Below are positions 1 through 14,254 of a stretch of 64,000 nt of DNA, in pieces (positions within the stretch are counted from its first letter, which is position 1; every line of letters begins with the position of its first letter). The DNA is from Octopus sinensis (Eukaryota). Below the pieces are notes generated by a model, which saw only the letters and a program-made list of their open reading frames with translations, was not told the DNA's origin and searched no databases. The stretch spans positions 59,830,001 to 59,894,000 of the forward strand of contig NC_042998.1 in the NCBI RefSeq assembly GCF_006345805.1, given 5' to 3'. The position numbers were made by a program, and so were the translations under genes.

Positions 1-1410
1 TGCGTGCTTATGTATGATTTATACCTACTTAAATCAAGAGAAATAACGTATAGAAACCTAAAATTGACTTTCAAGTTAAAGATCAATAGCGAAGAACGAA
101 TTTAATGGATTTATTTCTTGTAAATACTTCTTTCGAAGATCAGTTTCGGATTCGTAAACTTTTGTAAGCATCATAAAATTAATTTAAGATGAATGAGAAT
201 ATATAATATATAATTTGGTTATTGTTTAAAATATTTACTTTCAGAGTAGAATACATTGCATCAAGTGTTATAAAACGTGACAACTTTTAATTGAGTGATC
301 CTTTTAAAAACTAAACTATACCAGCATATGAACGATACACAACATAATTATACCTTACCGATATTTTTTTTTAATATTATGCGACTAAAATCTTCATTAC
401 ATTTTTATTTTATTAAAATGGTGTTAATGTTTGACAACAATTATTCGAACGCAGAATCCGTCAATAGATTAGTTTTAAAAAATACTTTAACTCAATCCTG
501 GTAAGTCTGACATTTCATTTCAATTCTCCCTCTACGTTTTGAACGTACGTTATACTTTCACCACAAAGAGTTGTATTTCTCTTGAAGCCTCAAATCCATA
601 TTATCAGTAAAGTTTAGCCTCAAAGTAAAAAATATTCAATTGTGTTGGCGCTGAATCATTTACCCAACATGAATATCGAATAATTCGCAAATAATTTTAA
701 TTAAAAATTATCTTAGTGATAGGTATGATAGGAAAATATCTTCTAATTTATATGCTTGCCTAACAGTTGTTGACAAGAGAAAACACATGCCCTACAGCTA
801 CTTAATAGGAGAGATCTGCTACAACGTTCGTTATCTGAATTTCCGTTATTTATTCCGTAAGTAATTTATTCCGTAAGTAATTTATTAAATCTATGGAAAC
901 AAAAGAAAAAAAGTCTACAAATATACCATTGTAAATAATATGGCAAGTTTCAAATTCCATTCTTTTGCATTTGTATAGCACGGGAATTGTCGATTGCTTC
1001 AAGAAGATCGATTTTTTTTCTTTTTAGCTTGTGTAAGCGAGTTAAGATTGTGACAAAATCTCAATATCCTGCAAAGTTATTTATTACACTTGAACCTTGG
1101 ACGTATCATTTCGACATTTAGTGAATATCGAGTAAAGTGATAGACATAATTAAAGCAAATTTTTCTCAACACAATGCACACACACACACATACACACAGA
1201 CGCACACAAATATATCAATAATAATAATAAAGGCGAAATTTTGTTTGTCTGACTGGAACCCTCTATTTCAGTCTACATTTGCTCTACGTAGACATATACC
1301 ATTTGGGAATCAGGATGATCCTAGGTGTGAAAATCTGCCTTTTATTTGGTTCTTGAACATCCAGCGTTGAAATCTAATTTAAAAGCATTTGGGTTGCTAT
1401 TTCTAGCAGG

Positions 1411-2855
1411 TAATAATGTTCGTCCTTCGGTTCGAAGATGACCAACTGACATCATCTGATGGAACTGCCGCCATGAGACCGGAGGTGGCTGGTGAGGCCA
1501 ATCCGGGCAAGGAAGCCCCTCCCACAGGTGGGGCAGAAGTGGGTAGGGGCAGTGCTACTGGTGCAGGCGGCTCTGACTTTACGCATCTGACGTTTCTGCT
1601 CCGCTGACCGAATCCGTCCCTCCTCGGCTGTCCCTGCTCCCACGGTGATTGCGCTGCGCCAGGATGAGCGGTTGGCAGCAAGTGTCTCCCAGGTCTCTGT
1701 TCCGATGGAGAAGTCTTTGAGAGAGACCTTGAGACTATCCTTGTAGCGCTTTTTCTGCCCTCCGACTTTGCGCCTGCCCTGGCCGAGTTCACCGTAGAAG
1801 AGCTGTTTTGGGATGCGAGTGTCGGACATGCGGGAGACGTGGCCCGCCCATCTCAGCTGGGCCTTGCGCATGATTGTGATGGTGCTAGGGAGATCTGCCT
1901 GCTTCAGAACTTCCGTGTCTGGGACTTTGTCCTGCCAGCGGATGTGAAGGAGATTCCGAAGACACCTGAGATGGAAGTGGTTTATCTGGCGCTCGTGCCT
2001 TCGGTAAGCAGTCCACGTTTCGCAGCCGTATAGTAGAGTGGTAAGCACGACTGCCCGGTAGACTTTCAGCTTGGTGTTGAGGCTGATTCCTCTCCGCTCC
2101 CAGACTTTCTTTCGCAGTCTCCCAAACGCGCTGCTTGCCTTGGAGATTCTGTTGATGGTTTCAGCATCTATGTTGGCATTGCAGGAGAGAGTGCTGCCCA
2201 GGTAGGTGAAGTTTTCCACCACTCGTAAGATCCGTCCGTTCACCCTTATCTGAGGCTCATGGTATTGTTTGCCGGGGGCTGGCTGAAACATCACTTCGGT
2301 TTTCTTTGCACTGATGGTGAGACCGAAGTTGTCACAGGCTGATGAGAACCTGTCCATCTCGAGCTGCATCTCCTGCTCATCGATTGCATTAAGGGCGCAG
2401 TCGTCAGCAAAGAGAAAGTCTCTGACGACTGTCTCCCTCACCTTTGTGACAGCCTGCAATCTCCTGGAGTTGAAAAGTTTCCCGTCTGTCCTGTACTTGA
2501 TGTTGATACCGGACTTGCAGTCCCTAAAGGCGTCGGACATCATTGCCGAGAACATGATGCTGAACAGTGTTGGGGCCAGGACACAGCCCTGCCTGACTCC
2601 GTTGGTCACCTGGAAGGCTTCAGATGAGTCGCCGTCCTCAAGGATTCTGGCTGTCATTCCGTCGTGGAACTGGCGGACAATTGCAATAAATTTGCTGGGG
2701 CAACCAAATTTTCCCATGACCTTCCATAGTCCCTCCCGACTGACTGTATCAAAGGCCTTGGTGAGGTCAACAAAGGTCATGCAGAGGTCAAGGTGCTGCT
2801 CCATGCATTTCTCCTGGAGCTGGCGGGCGGCGAATATCATGTCAGTGGTCCCTCT
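1411..2855 (-). mobile_element. Young 5'-truncated RTE LINE insertion
   Basis: Starts abruptly at RGTTDM codons (about 2855). RTE-like 3' end GGTCATCTTCGAACCGAAGGACGAAC plus ATTATTA tail. Visibly GC-rich against AT-rich flanks. Confidence 0.92.
1452..2840 (-). CDS. RTE-clade LINE ORF, 5'-truncated: reverse transcriptase, thumb and C-terminal C2H2 finger
   Basis: Uninterrupted 462-aa ORF with QEKC..Q, FVDLTKAFDTV, GVRQGCVLAPTLF, FLFADD, YLGS, LLYGCETW, RAQLRWAGHV and terminal CPTCGRGFLARIGLTSHLRSH. Confidence 0.95.
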   Translation of the reverse strand: MIFAARQLQEKCMEQHLDLCMTFVDLTKAFDTVSREGLWKVMGKFGCPSKFIAIVRQFHDGMTARILEDGDSSEAFQVTNGVRQGCVLAPTLFSIMFSAMMSDAFRDCKSGINIKYRTDGKLFNSRRLQAVTKVRETVVRDFLFADDCALNAIDEQEMQLEMDRFSSACDNFGLTISAKKTEVMFQPAPGKQYHEPQIRVNGRILRVVENFTYLGSTLSCNANIDAETINRISKASSAFGRLRKKVWERRGISLNTKLKVYRAVVLTTLLYGCETWTAYRRHERQINHFHLRCLRNLLHIRWQDKVPDTEVLKQADLPSTITIMRKAQLRWAGHVSRMSDTRIPKQLFYGELGQGRRKVGGQKKRYKDSLKVSLKDFSIGTETWETLAANRSSWRSAITVGAGTAEEGRIRSAEQKRQMRKVRAACTSSTAPTHFCPTCGRGFLARIGLTSHLRSHGGSSIR

Positions 2856-3694
2856 TTGCTAATTCATGCCATTATGTTTGGCGTTTGTCAGATGGCGTCA
2901 GAGATGAAGGGGATGGAGAAAATGACATTTTATGTGTAAATAACAACTTTGGGAAAATTGGCCAACAGTTGGAATTCAACCTGGGACTGAAACAATACAA
3001 TGATTGCATAACAGAATTGATTCTCATCCGTCCTTAACCTCTGATCAAACACCACAGGAGCATATAATTATTGTAGACATATTACAGTCATGCTAATTAG
3101 CCTCCTTATTTTGGGGCCGGAGGCCCAATTAGCCTTACACAGAAGCCAACTTAAATACCGCGTGGAGTGCAGCTTTTAAGCTAGTATATTATAAATCGCT
3201 TTTTCCAAAGGAACTCAAAGCATATAATATTGAGTTAAAAACCCCTTCGACTCATTCCATCCAAGGGGTTTTCAACCCAATATTTCCCCCCTTAATTTAT
3301 ATCTTTATATGCTTCAAATTACATTCTTAAAAACACTTTATTCCATGTCTCATAAAGCTTCTAAATTCTCGTGACGTAAACAATGTACAGATTTGTTTCT
3401 GTAGTTGATCTCCCTTACAGAAAAAAAGTCATGTTTCATTCATTTTAAAATTCTAAACTGAATGAAAATATGAAGCATGAAATCCCTGAAAAGTGTCATT
3501 GTCTAAATATACAAATATTGAAAATTCTGCTTTAGATGGTGTATGTATGTATGTATGTATGTATGTATGTATGTATATGTTTAATTATTTGAATTCTTCC
3601 TGGGAGGAAGAAGCTGGCTTCTAACAAAAGCAAATTCGCAACATAAACCTGTAAGAAATATGTAAGAAATATTACCTCAAACAACAACCACCAT

Positions 3695-3760
3695 TGGACC
3701 CAAGAGACAAAAGCCTAGCTTTGCAGCAGCTACTACTTACCACACAACCACTCCCGAGCC
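3695..3760 (-). mobile_element. tRNA-derived SINE head fragment
   Basis: Matches the head of the fuller copy at 25516-25872 (ctacttaccacacagccactcc). Confidence 0.6.
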
Positions 3761-3762
3761 TG

Positions 3763-3794
<32 letters not shown>

Positions 3795-5149
3795 TGTATG
3801 TATGTATGTATTTATGTACAGGTATGTAAAAGAATATTCTTTGTTTTATTATATATATGTGTATATTTAGTGGTATGTATGTATGTATATGTGTGTGTTT
3901 GTGAATGTATGTTACCTTCATTTTTTTTATTTTATTTATTCTGGTCTTCCTGTAAGAAAAATGTTGGTTCCCAATAAATATACAAAGCCCATTGTCTTGC
4001 ATGTTTTTTTTTGGTCCGTTTACAAATTGTGGTTGTCAGGTGTAGCTTTTTTTCCGTTTTGTCAAAGAAAAAAACAGATAATATTTGTTTGAAATAAAAG
4101 ATATTCTGTGGCAATTTGATCGACTGAAGAAAAAGGAAAAAATAAAAAATGAACATTGATTGTGAAGTCCGTCATGGCTGCTGGCCACTGACGGAAACAA
4201 TTGAAATAATACAATATATAGTCCGAATGATAGCCAATAACAAAACTTCAGTCAAAGATGTGTGATAAATATTAAATTCTGCTCTTCTACTGAGTGTATT
4301 ACTCGATGTTCGTAGTGTTATGACATTCGTAGTTTTACGAAAACATATTTTAAAACCTATACTTGCACTCGCTTACACAAACACACACCACTCACACACA
4401 CACATACACTCACACACACGCATACACTCACACACATACATGTACATATGACTATGTAAGTATATATAAATGTACACGTACGTATAGGAATATATTTCTA
4501 TATGTGATTAAATGTGTTACACGTATGTATTTCCTTATATAATTGTGTGTGTACATATGTGCATACTTACATTTGTGTGTGAGTACGCGCGCATGTGAGA
4601 AGGCAAATTAATTTAACCCTGTTCTTTCTATATTTTTACATATTTTTCGTATACACTGCTGCGAGATTCCTTACCCCTTATTCCAGTCTTTTAAAATGCT
4701 TTGTCTCCGCAACATTCGTATGAAAATGTGACAAGGCTTTATTCACGCGTACAATCAATATCTTTAATTTGATATCTGTAAATGGTAGACCAAATTTTAT
4801 AGTCTCTTATTCTTTTCATGTTTTATATTCTCATTTTCGAAGCAAAATCCTGCAAATTCAATTTCTGGAATATCTCTATATTGAGACGAAACGGGAAAGC
4901 ATTCATTGTTATACGCGTACGTAACTCCTCTCTCAATCCTCAAAGTAAACAGTATGGACATGAAATCTACATTTAAAATATTTTTGATATTATTTCGGTC
5001 AATCATAAATATATTTCGTCTTCGATATAAATTTTATTTTTTCTATTTGCAAATATCCGTGGTGAAGTTATAGTCACTAGCAAGAAACTCTCGTATACTA
5101 CTGGAAATTTATTTAAGTTTGAGGTAGGAAATATAAGTGCATGCCGGTG

Positions 5150-7172
5150 ATATATATATATGCATATATTAATCGAATCGTACTGTATTATATATCCATT
5201 ACGGTCGATCTTGCCAATCGATTTCGCACTAAGAGCTCAACGGAATGTTAGGTAACTGTCCAGTTATGTACCCCTATACTCTTCAGAAATAGCAGTTATG
5301 AAATGTCATATGACGACTGTTCTCTAATATTGAACGTGAACAGATACATCTGGTTTGTGGTTGCTGTGATAAAAAAAACGATTAAACGAACTGAACAAGT
5401 GTTAGTTAAGAGTTATGTCCCTTGGCACTGAAAGCGGCTGTTGCAAGTTGGCAAGAGTTTTCTGGAAAAGAGATTATGGGAAATGTATTTACCTTTAAGG
5501 TTGGTGCTCTTGTAAAAATAGAATGTGTGTACTGGAATATGTATAGCGTTTGCGGGTGAGGGGGTCCAACGTCCGCATATACATCACTGTTCGTTAGTGT
5601 GTTTTCTCTCTGTTATGATTTGGTTAAATTGTTGTGGTGTTTATCTATGTATGCGATGTGTATAGGGGTACAATATGTGTGGGGTATTATATTGCGCGGT
5701 GGGGTAGAAAATGGTCTATTGAGTGGATGTCCGCCGTGTTAGGGCGTGTGAGTTTGTGAGTGCGTGTTAGGGCGTGTGAGTTTGTGTATGGTCTGGTCAA
5801 ACTCTTTGTCGGATCTCCAGCTATAAACAGCAAAGCTGAGGTAGTGGTGATTACAGTCGCGATGGGTCACGTAGCTATGATAGGATGTACCTCCTTTCAT
5901 GTGAGCAAAAATTAAAAATTTCATGTCTCCTGTTCAGGTAGATGTCTGAGTGCTGAGAGCTCTATAAAATCGCTTTCTTTCTCAGCCAGTTATAATCTGC
6001 ACTTCCTGCTGCTACTGAAGTACGCTATACATATCTCTAGAATCCTCCAAGTTATGCTGTCCCCGGTGGTGCTTTCTGTCAATGACTATGCCTGCTTTGT
6101 CAGAATTGTGGCGTTGCATCTCTCTGAGATTTGAAGAAGGAAATGTGGTTGGTATAACGGGTTCTGAAAGGACATTCAGCTGCTTCCACGTACTTTCGCA
6201 AGTTTGGTTTCTCATTTGGTCCTATTGCTGTTACCTAAGCCTTCTATATGACGGTTTCCGTATTACAGTGGTCGTTCAGCGAACTTGTTGTGTTACCCCT
6301 ACATGGACATCCTGCCCCATTCTCAAGTTTCAGCCAACCTTCTAAGGTATTTTTTGTGTGCCCGTTAAATAGTTTACTGGAACTATGTGCAAGAGGGAAG
6401 TGTTTGTCTCCTAAACTAAGGAAAATCTTACGTACTCGAATTTTAACATTTAAACTAAAGGGCAGTGCAAACCACAACACTTTCCGGTGGTGTTTTCTCT
6501 AAGAGAAGTTAGGGTCTGCCGTATAACAAATACTTTCCTTGAAACGGTTGGCGCCGGGGCCTCGTTATAATGTGGAGCGGCAACATCAAAAATCCTGGTA
6601 CCTATATGATAGCTTCTCATATGGCTTCCTAAAATGTCTATAGGCATCGGGCTCGAAGTCCAGGGTCACATGAAGGAAATCCACCGTTTTAAGGTTGGTT
6701 TCTCTCAGGACATGAAGTCCAAGAGAATTCATGGTACTGGTGAGGACCTTTCTAAGCTTATCTAGCGTGTGGCCATTTACCTGTCTTCATATGATCAGTG
6801 CATCATCCCCGTAGAGGCCAAAGCTACTGCAAGGGAACTTCTTTAGAGTAAATCAAGGACGAATGTCACAAATGTCAAAAGCGTCGATTATTACGTTGAA
6901 GGAGCATTCTGAGACAGTTTGTTTGGCTCAGACCGACCCCTTACTGAATAGTAGAGTCCTTCTGGCGTGCATGATAATGTGTATGTCCCCCTCACTCACT
7001 TCAATCAAGTGCCTTACAAAGGAGGCCCCTCGATACAGATGAGTAAAAGTCCACTATATCGAATTGGATAAACCTTCCTCTTCCCATTTCAATATAGGTT
7101 TTAAACCATGTTATGACATTGCTGGCGTTACGCCATAGTCCGATGGCAGAAGCACTCCTAACACAGTTATTT
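5150..7172 (-). mobile_element. Degraded Penelope-like element: RT, CxCX5CX5C-type linker, C-terminal GIY-YIG (Hydra-clade-like)
   Basis: Manual minus-strand translation: LWRNASNVITWFK..FIQFDIVDFYSS, GLYGDDAL (about 6796-6819), WFALPFSLNVK..DKHFP, GCPCRGNTTSSLNDHC, VI*KA..KYVEAAECPFRTRYTNH, WRILE..KCRL*LAEK. Stop at about 5875. Many stops and frameshifts. Confidence 0.85.
5735..5786. repeat. 28-bp-period direct duplication inside the PLE 3' region
   Basis: cgtgttagggcgtgtgagtttgtg at 5735-5758 and 5763-5786. Confidence 0.9.
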
Positions 7173-7173
7173 A

Positions 7174-8924
<1,751 letters not shown>

Positions 8925-8925
<1 letters not shown>

Positions 8926-10495
8926 TAGATATCCCATGACTAGGTTAGAAAAGGGGGCCATTCTCGTACCCATTGCTCTACTCTCATCTGCTGGCAAGGT
9001 TCTGGCAAATATTGTTCTTTCCCGTCTGAATGGGTGTCTCGGAAATGATGTCCTATTTGAATCTCAATTTGGCTTCCGATCTGGTAGAGGGACAATGGAT
9101 ATGATTTTCACAGAAAGACAGATGGAGAAGTGCTGTGAGCAGAATATGGATCTTGTCTAGGTATTCATTGATTTAACGAAGACTTTAATACTGTGAATAG
9201 GGCCTTGCATTGGAAAATACTTGGCAAACTTGGATGTCCAGATCACTTTGTATTTATAATTGAATCATTTCACGATACGATGGAGGTTTGGGTCAATGTT
9301 GGTGGTGGCATGGTGGGAACTTTCCGGTAGATAATGGTGTCAAGTAGGGTGATATCCTTGCCCCAACTCTCTTTATTTTATACTTTACTACTGCTTTTCC
9401 TCATAATTTTGCTAAGGTTAGCTCTCGGGGAATATACGTCAGATATCAATTTTCTAGCCGCCTCTTAAAATTGTGCCGATCTGCTGTCAATTCAAAAGTT
9501 TTCAAATCTCTTATTCGTGACCTCCTTTATGGAGATGACTGTGACTTAATCACTCATACAGAGGATGACAAGCAAATAGTTATGAATCGTATTTCTGCTT
9601 CTTGCAAGGCATTTGGACTCAGCATTAGCCTGGACAAGACTGCAGTAATGTTCCAGCATGCACCAGGAAATCCATATCTGGAACGAGCTGTCTTGGTTGA
9701 AGGAACAATTCTGAAAATAGTAGACAATTTTGTCAACCTGGGCTGCACAGTGAGCCGGTCTTGCTCTCTGGAGGATGAAATATCATTCAGGCTGCAGAGA
9801 GCAACTGATTCCTTCCGGTCTCTATAGTCTCATGTCTTCTTCCAGCATGGCATCACAAAGTAAACAAAAATTATTGTGTACCGTGCTTGTGTACTGACAT
9901 CGCTCCTTTACTTATGTGAGATACGGACCCTTTACAAACGTCATGTAAGCGTCCTTGAACGCTATCCTCGGAGATGTCTCAGAAACATTCTGAATGTTGG
10001 CTAGATTTCAAAAAAACTCCAACTCACAGGTCCTGAGAACAGCTGATATCTTTAATATTGAAGCGATGGCGGACAACACCGGTTACGTTGAACTAGACAC
10101 CTCATTAGAATGAATGATAGCAGGATCCCTAAACAGATGCGATATGGGGAGCTTGTTGGTGGAAAGAGACCCCAGCAGAAACCAAGGCTGCAATTTAAGG
10201 ACTGTATCAAGTCCTTATTAAAGGCCTATAATATGCAGGAGACTGACTAGGAGACCAATGCCTGTCATCGCCAAAGATGGAGGAAGAAGGTTAAGCACCT
10301 TTGAGAGAGCTCGTATTCTGCATGAAAAACTTAAACGTGCTGCCCGAAAGCGCACTGCTGGTGTTGCGAATAGGAAAAGCTTGGTTTGCAATGATTGCAG
10401 TCGTGTATGCTTGTCCAGAGCAAGGCTCGTTAGCCACCAAAGAACCCGCAAATTCAAAATATAAGTTATTCATAGAGTGCAATGGACGGCCATCA
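8925..10495 (+). mobile_element. Degraded 5'-truncated RTE LINE
   Basis: Fragments ESQFGFRSGRGTMDMIF, LLYGDDCDL, FGLSISLDKT and C-terminal CNDCSRVCLSRARLVSHQRT, broken by frameshifts. Confidence 0.9.
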
Positions 10496-10644
10496 TGTAT
10501 ATATCTATCCATGTATGTGTGTGTCTGGTTGTGTGTACGTGTGTGTGTGTAACAAACAACTTATACAAAATTTATTTTATTATCTCTCAACAGAAAAGAT
10601 GTATAGATATATTTATTAATATGAAGTAGAGAATATTATCTATG

Positions 10645-11008
10645 TTCAACGACGACGAGGATTCCGGTTGATCCGAATCAACGGAACAGCCTGCTCGTGA
10701 AATTAACGTGTAAGTGGCTGAGCACTCCATAGATACGTGTACCCTTAACGTAGTTCTCGGGATATTCAGCGAGACACAGAGAGTGACAAGGCCGGCCCTT
10801 TGAAATACAGGTACAACAGAAACAGGAAGTAAGAGTGAGAGAAAGTTGTGGTGAAAGAGCACAGCAGGGATCACCACCATCCCCTGCCGGGGGCTCGTGG
10901 AGCTTTTAGGTGTTTTCGCTCAATAAACACTCACAACGCCGGTCTGGGAATCGAAACCGCGATCCTATGACCGCGAGTCCGCTGCCCTAACCACTGGGCC
11001 ATTGCGCC
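10645..11008 (-). mobile_element. tRNA-derived SINE, near full length
   Basis: Head GGCGCAATGGCCCAGTGGTTAGGGCAGCGGACTCGCGG..GGTTTCGATTCCC with A-box and B-box. Confidence 0.85.
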
Positions 11009-11519
11009 GCCACGTTCAACAGTAGTTGTACTTTGTAGTTATTAGTTTTAGTTAATTTTGCTAACCATGTCGCCTCCACATTGTAAACTGCCGTTAGGCA
11101 CACTCATCAGTAATATTTGTGACTCCTCCATATTCAGTAATAGCGTAACTTCTAGATTAACTACTAATTTGAACTCGATTACGTCAATATTCTGTTCAAA
11201 ATAAAATATGTAGAGGAAGCTGTTCTGCCCATATTGTATTTTATATGTCACGTGGCAGTGAGCTGGTGGAATTGGAGTCAATGAAATAAATACTAACTGA
11301 GCACTGAACTCAATGTAAGCCACTTACCCGCTTCCCCGAAATCGCTGGCCTTGTACCAAAGTTCGAAACAATTGTCATAAGTATATGTTTACCTTTCTTC
11401 CCCTTTTTTCTTTATTGATAAGAATACTAGAATCTTATTTTGTATCTTTGGGATTGCGGCGAATGAAATAAAGCCTTTTCTTATCTTGTTTAACAACATT
11501 GTAAGTCTTCCCTACTTAA

Positions 11520-12040
11520 TCATCAGGGAGATTCATAGCGGCAGTACCTGCCAGCCCTAACTTCTAAAGTTACTCCGACCAGCTGCTGCAGTTGTGGTTT
11601 CATTGGACAAGGGAATTTGGCGCGCTGCCGATATCCGTGCAGGAGGACAAAGTTTCGGGTCTTTACGTCTCTGGTCTTCCAGTTACTGCTCTATAGTTGT
11701 GTGACTTGGTCACTTAAAAACACCAGAATGCCTTTGCTAACAGGACGCTTCGCAGGATTATAGGCTACCAATGGTCGGTCTCGTATCCAACAAACGACTC
11801 TACTCCGAGACTGGATGCGTCTTGTCACCTGTATGATTCCTGAGCGGTAGCTCTGACTTTCTGTACATTTTGCTCGATTTTCCGAATTATAACCTGCTTA
11901 CCGTGTTCTCTTCACCTAGTATCCGGGTGGGATGACGGCTCGTGTTGTGCGACTACATGCCACAAGGTCACAACAGATGAAGATGGGGACTGACTGGGCC
12001 TTTGTTTCACGGATCACCCGGAGGACTCGGGAATATACCT
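11520..12040 (+). mobile_element. Degraded RTE-family LINE 3' fragment
   Basis: Manual translation: LLYSCVTWSL..AFANRTLRRIIGYQWS. Confidence 0.7.
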
Positions 12041-12043
12041 ATT

Positions 12044-12270
12044 TCTTTACTACCCACAAGGGTTTAAACATAAAGAGAACAAACAAGGACAGACAAACGG
12101 ATTAAGTCGATTATATCGACCCCGGTGCGTAACTGGTACTTATTTAATCGACCCCGAATGGCTGAAAGGCAAAGTCTACCTCGGCGGAATTTGAACTCAG
12201 AACGTAGCGGCAGACGAAATACTGCTAAGCATTTCGCCCAGCGTGCTAACGATTCTGCCAGCTCGCCGCC
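12044..12270 (-). mobile_element. tRNA-derived SINE
   Basis: GGCGGCGAGCTGGCAGAATCGTTAGC..GAGTTCAAATTCC head. Related copies at 21845, 31155 and 32985. Confidence 0.88.
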
Positions 12271-13715
12271 TTAGACACAGACATATACCGACAAATGGTG
12301 AATTCAGCACCTGACCTGATCTACTTAATTGTGATACGGGTAAGCAATTAGTTTCGCTAATTTATGGTATTTTATGACATGATTAGTCATTAATTTACCG
12401 AGGAGATCGGACAATATAGAATTTTATCACATTCTATTGCGAAAGATTAGTCCCATTTTTCGTAGTATCCTTACACTTTATTGTGAACTAATTTAATTTA
12501 AATTTCGTGGTTGCTCCCCCAACTTTTCTTGGACAGTGTTCATCATTTGGATAATTATTTTATCTCTCGAATAGGAATGTAATGCTCATAAATTTGTTTG
12601 CTCACTAGATTATCTTTGTACTCGACGTATTTCAGTCCGTTGTTTCCTGCCTTATGTTCTATAATTCAACCAATTAATTTTGGTCGACTTCGTTTTTGCT
12701 GTCAATTTTTCAGGGAAATTGTTGCTATCATTCATTCTTTAGTTGCTTCTATTGTTTTATCCCAACGCCAGCAGTTCTTTTGAGTACTTTAATATATTTT
12801 CAGCAATTTCCATTGATCTTTACAAAATATTAATACCCGGTCTCTTTCTAGACCTCTCAGTAAGTTCAATAAGTTTCTAAGATTTGTATCTCATTGCACA
12901 TACTAGTTGTATAATTTATTTTGTATTTCTTATAAGATTTGGGTGGTTTATTTTCCAAGTTCATGAGATAGTAATTCGAACGTCAGTTCTACCATAGAAT
13001 CTCAATTCTTTGCAGATTTCTACTTTTCCCTGATATAAATTGAACTAATTTCCTTCTTTGCAAGTCTCTGTGGTGTCTTCAATGTTTGTGGGCGTGAAAG
13101 ATACTTCAAATATCCAGGATTTCTAAAGCTCAAAATAACATCCTGCTTTTTTACATTGTATTTAGTTTCTAATGCTGTTACAAATTGTCTTGTATAACAG
13201 TTTAGTTCCAGTAATGATTTTGATGTTCAAGTTAGGAATTTAATTAATGACGTGTTGAAACTACTCTAAAATCTTCAACTTTCTTTGATATTTTGATTTA
13301 TAAATGTAATCATTCACATTTGGATGTTTGCAGTCACTTATAATGCATTTAATTGACCTTAAGAAGAGTTGAAGATCCACAGGGAATACGTTATATATCA
13401 ACGGTCATCGATAATTGAAATTTTTTATACCATGACCAGATAAGCTAGTGCTACTACCTGTTTCTTTATATACATCTACTTCATCTACTTGTATCCTACA
13501 CAACTGCATATTACAGCAGTTCTTTTTCTGTAAACTTTCTGTGATATCAAAAGATACTAAAGTCACCAATCATAATCACAACAGACACATTCATGTTTTG
13601 AATAGTTTTTTTCAAATGCACACGCACGCACACACATGTGTATAATATATATATATATATATATATATGCATATACAAATATATATATATATGTATATAT
13701 AAATATATATATATA

Positions 13716-13875
13716 TGTAGGGGAAGTTCACGAAAAAACAAAGGACGAAGACAGGTGGTGTATAAAAACAAACAGGTGTATTAGTATAACGCTCAGGAAT
13801 TGAAAAAGACTTTTACGTTTCGAACCTACACTCTTCTACAGAAAGGGACACAGAAAAAAACCAAGGAGAGAAAAA
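13716..13875 (-). mobile_element. PLE-type terminal fragment with atypical hammerhead-like motif
   Basis: cttt-CTGTAGA-agagtgtaggttc-GAAA-cgt-A-aaag at 13810-13845; abuts (TA)n. The same tail recurs at about 47680-47728. Confidence 0.5.
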
Positions 13876-14254
13876 TAATAGTAAAACACAAACTTGATTT
13901 TCCTGCCATTTGATTAAGATAAATATTACAAATAAAATAGTCATTTCTCCCTTTAATAACAAAAAAATGAAATCGAAAATGTCGACTCTTACTAGTGTCG
14001 CCGTAGCTACCGCCGGCCGTTTTTTATCTTTACTTTCTCCTTACTTTCTTTTGTTTTCCTTTGAACATTGATACAACTATCGAAGTCCTTATATTTTTTG
14101 ATTCACGGGTACTTATTATTTTTGGGAAAATTACTCTTTTTAAAAATAAAATATTCGTCTACAATGTTTCCTGCTGTTTGAATAAGGTTATAACCTTAAT
14201 CAAACAGCAGGAAAACATTGTAGACGAATATCAGTTACAATGTTAGGTGCTGAA

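Noticed and set aside
848-886. 16-bp tandem duplication atttattccgtaagta
   Set aside because: An ordinary slippage duplication with no supporting context.
6920-7010. In-frame TGA codons in the PLE RT as possible selenocysteine recoding (as in Naiads)
   Set aside because: The copy also has TAA and TAG stops and frameshifts; at least one TGA sits at an expected Trp, consistent with simple decay.
10930-11008. tRNA-like sequence
   Set aside because: It is the head of a SINE with body and tail attached, not a tRNA gene; the same applies to the other SINE heads.
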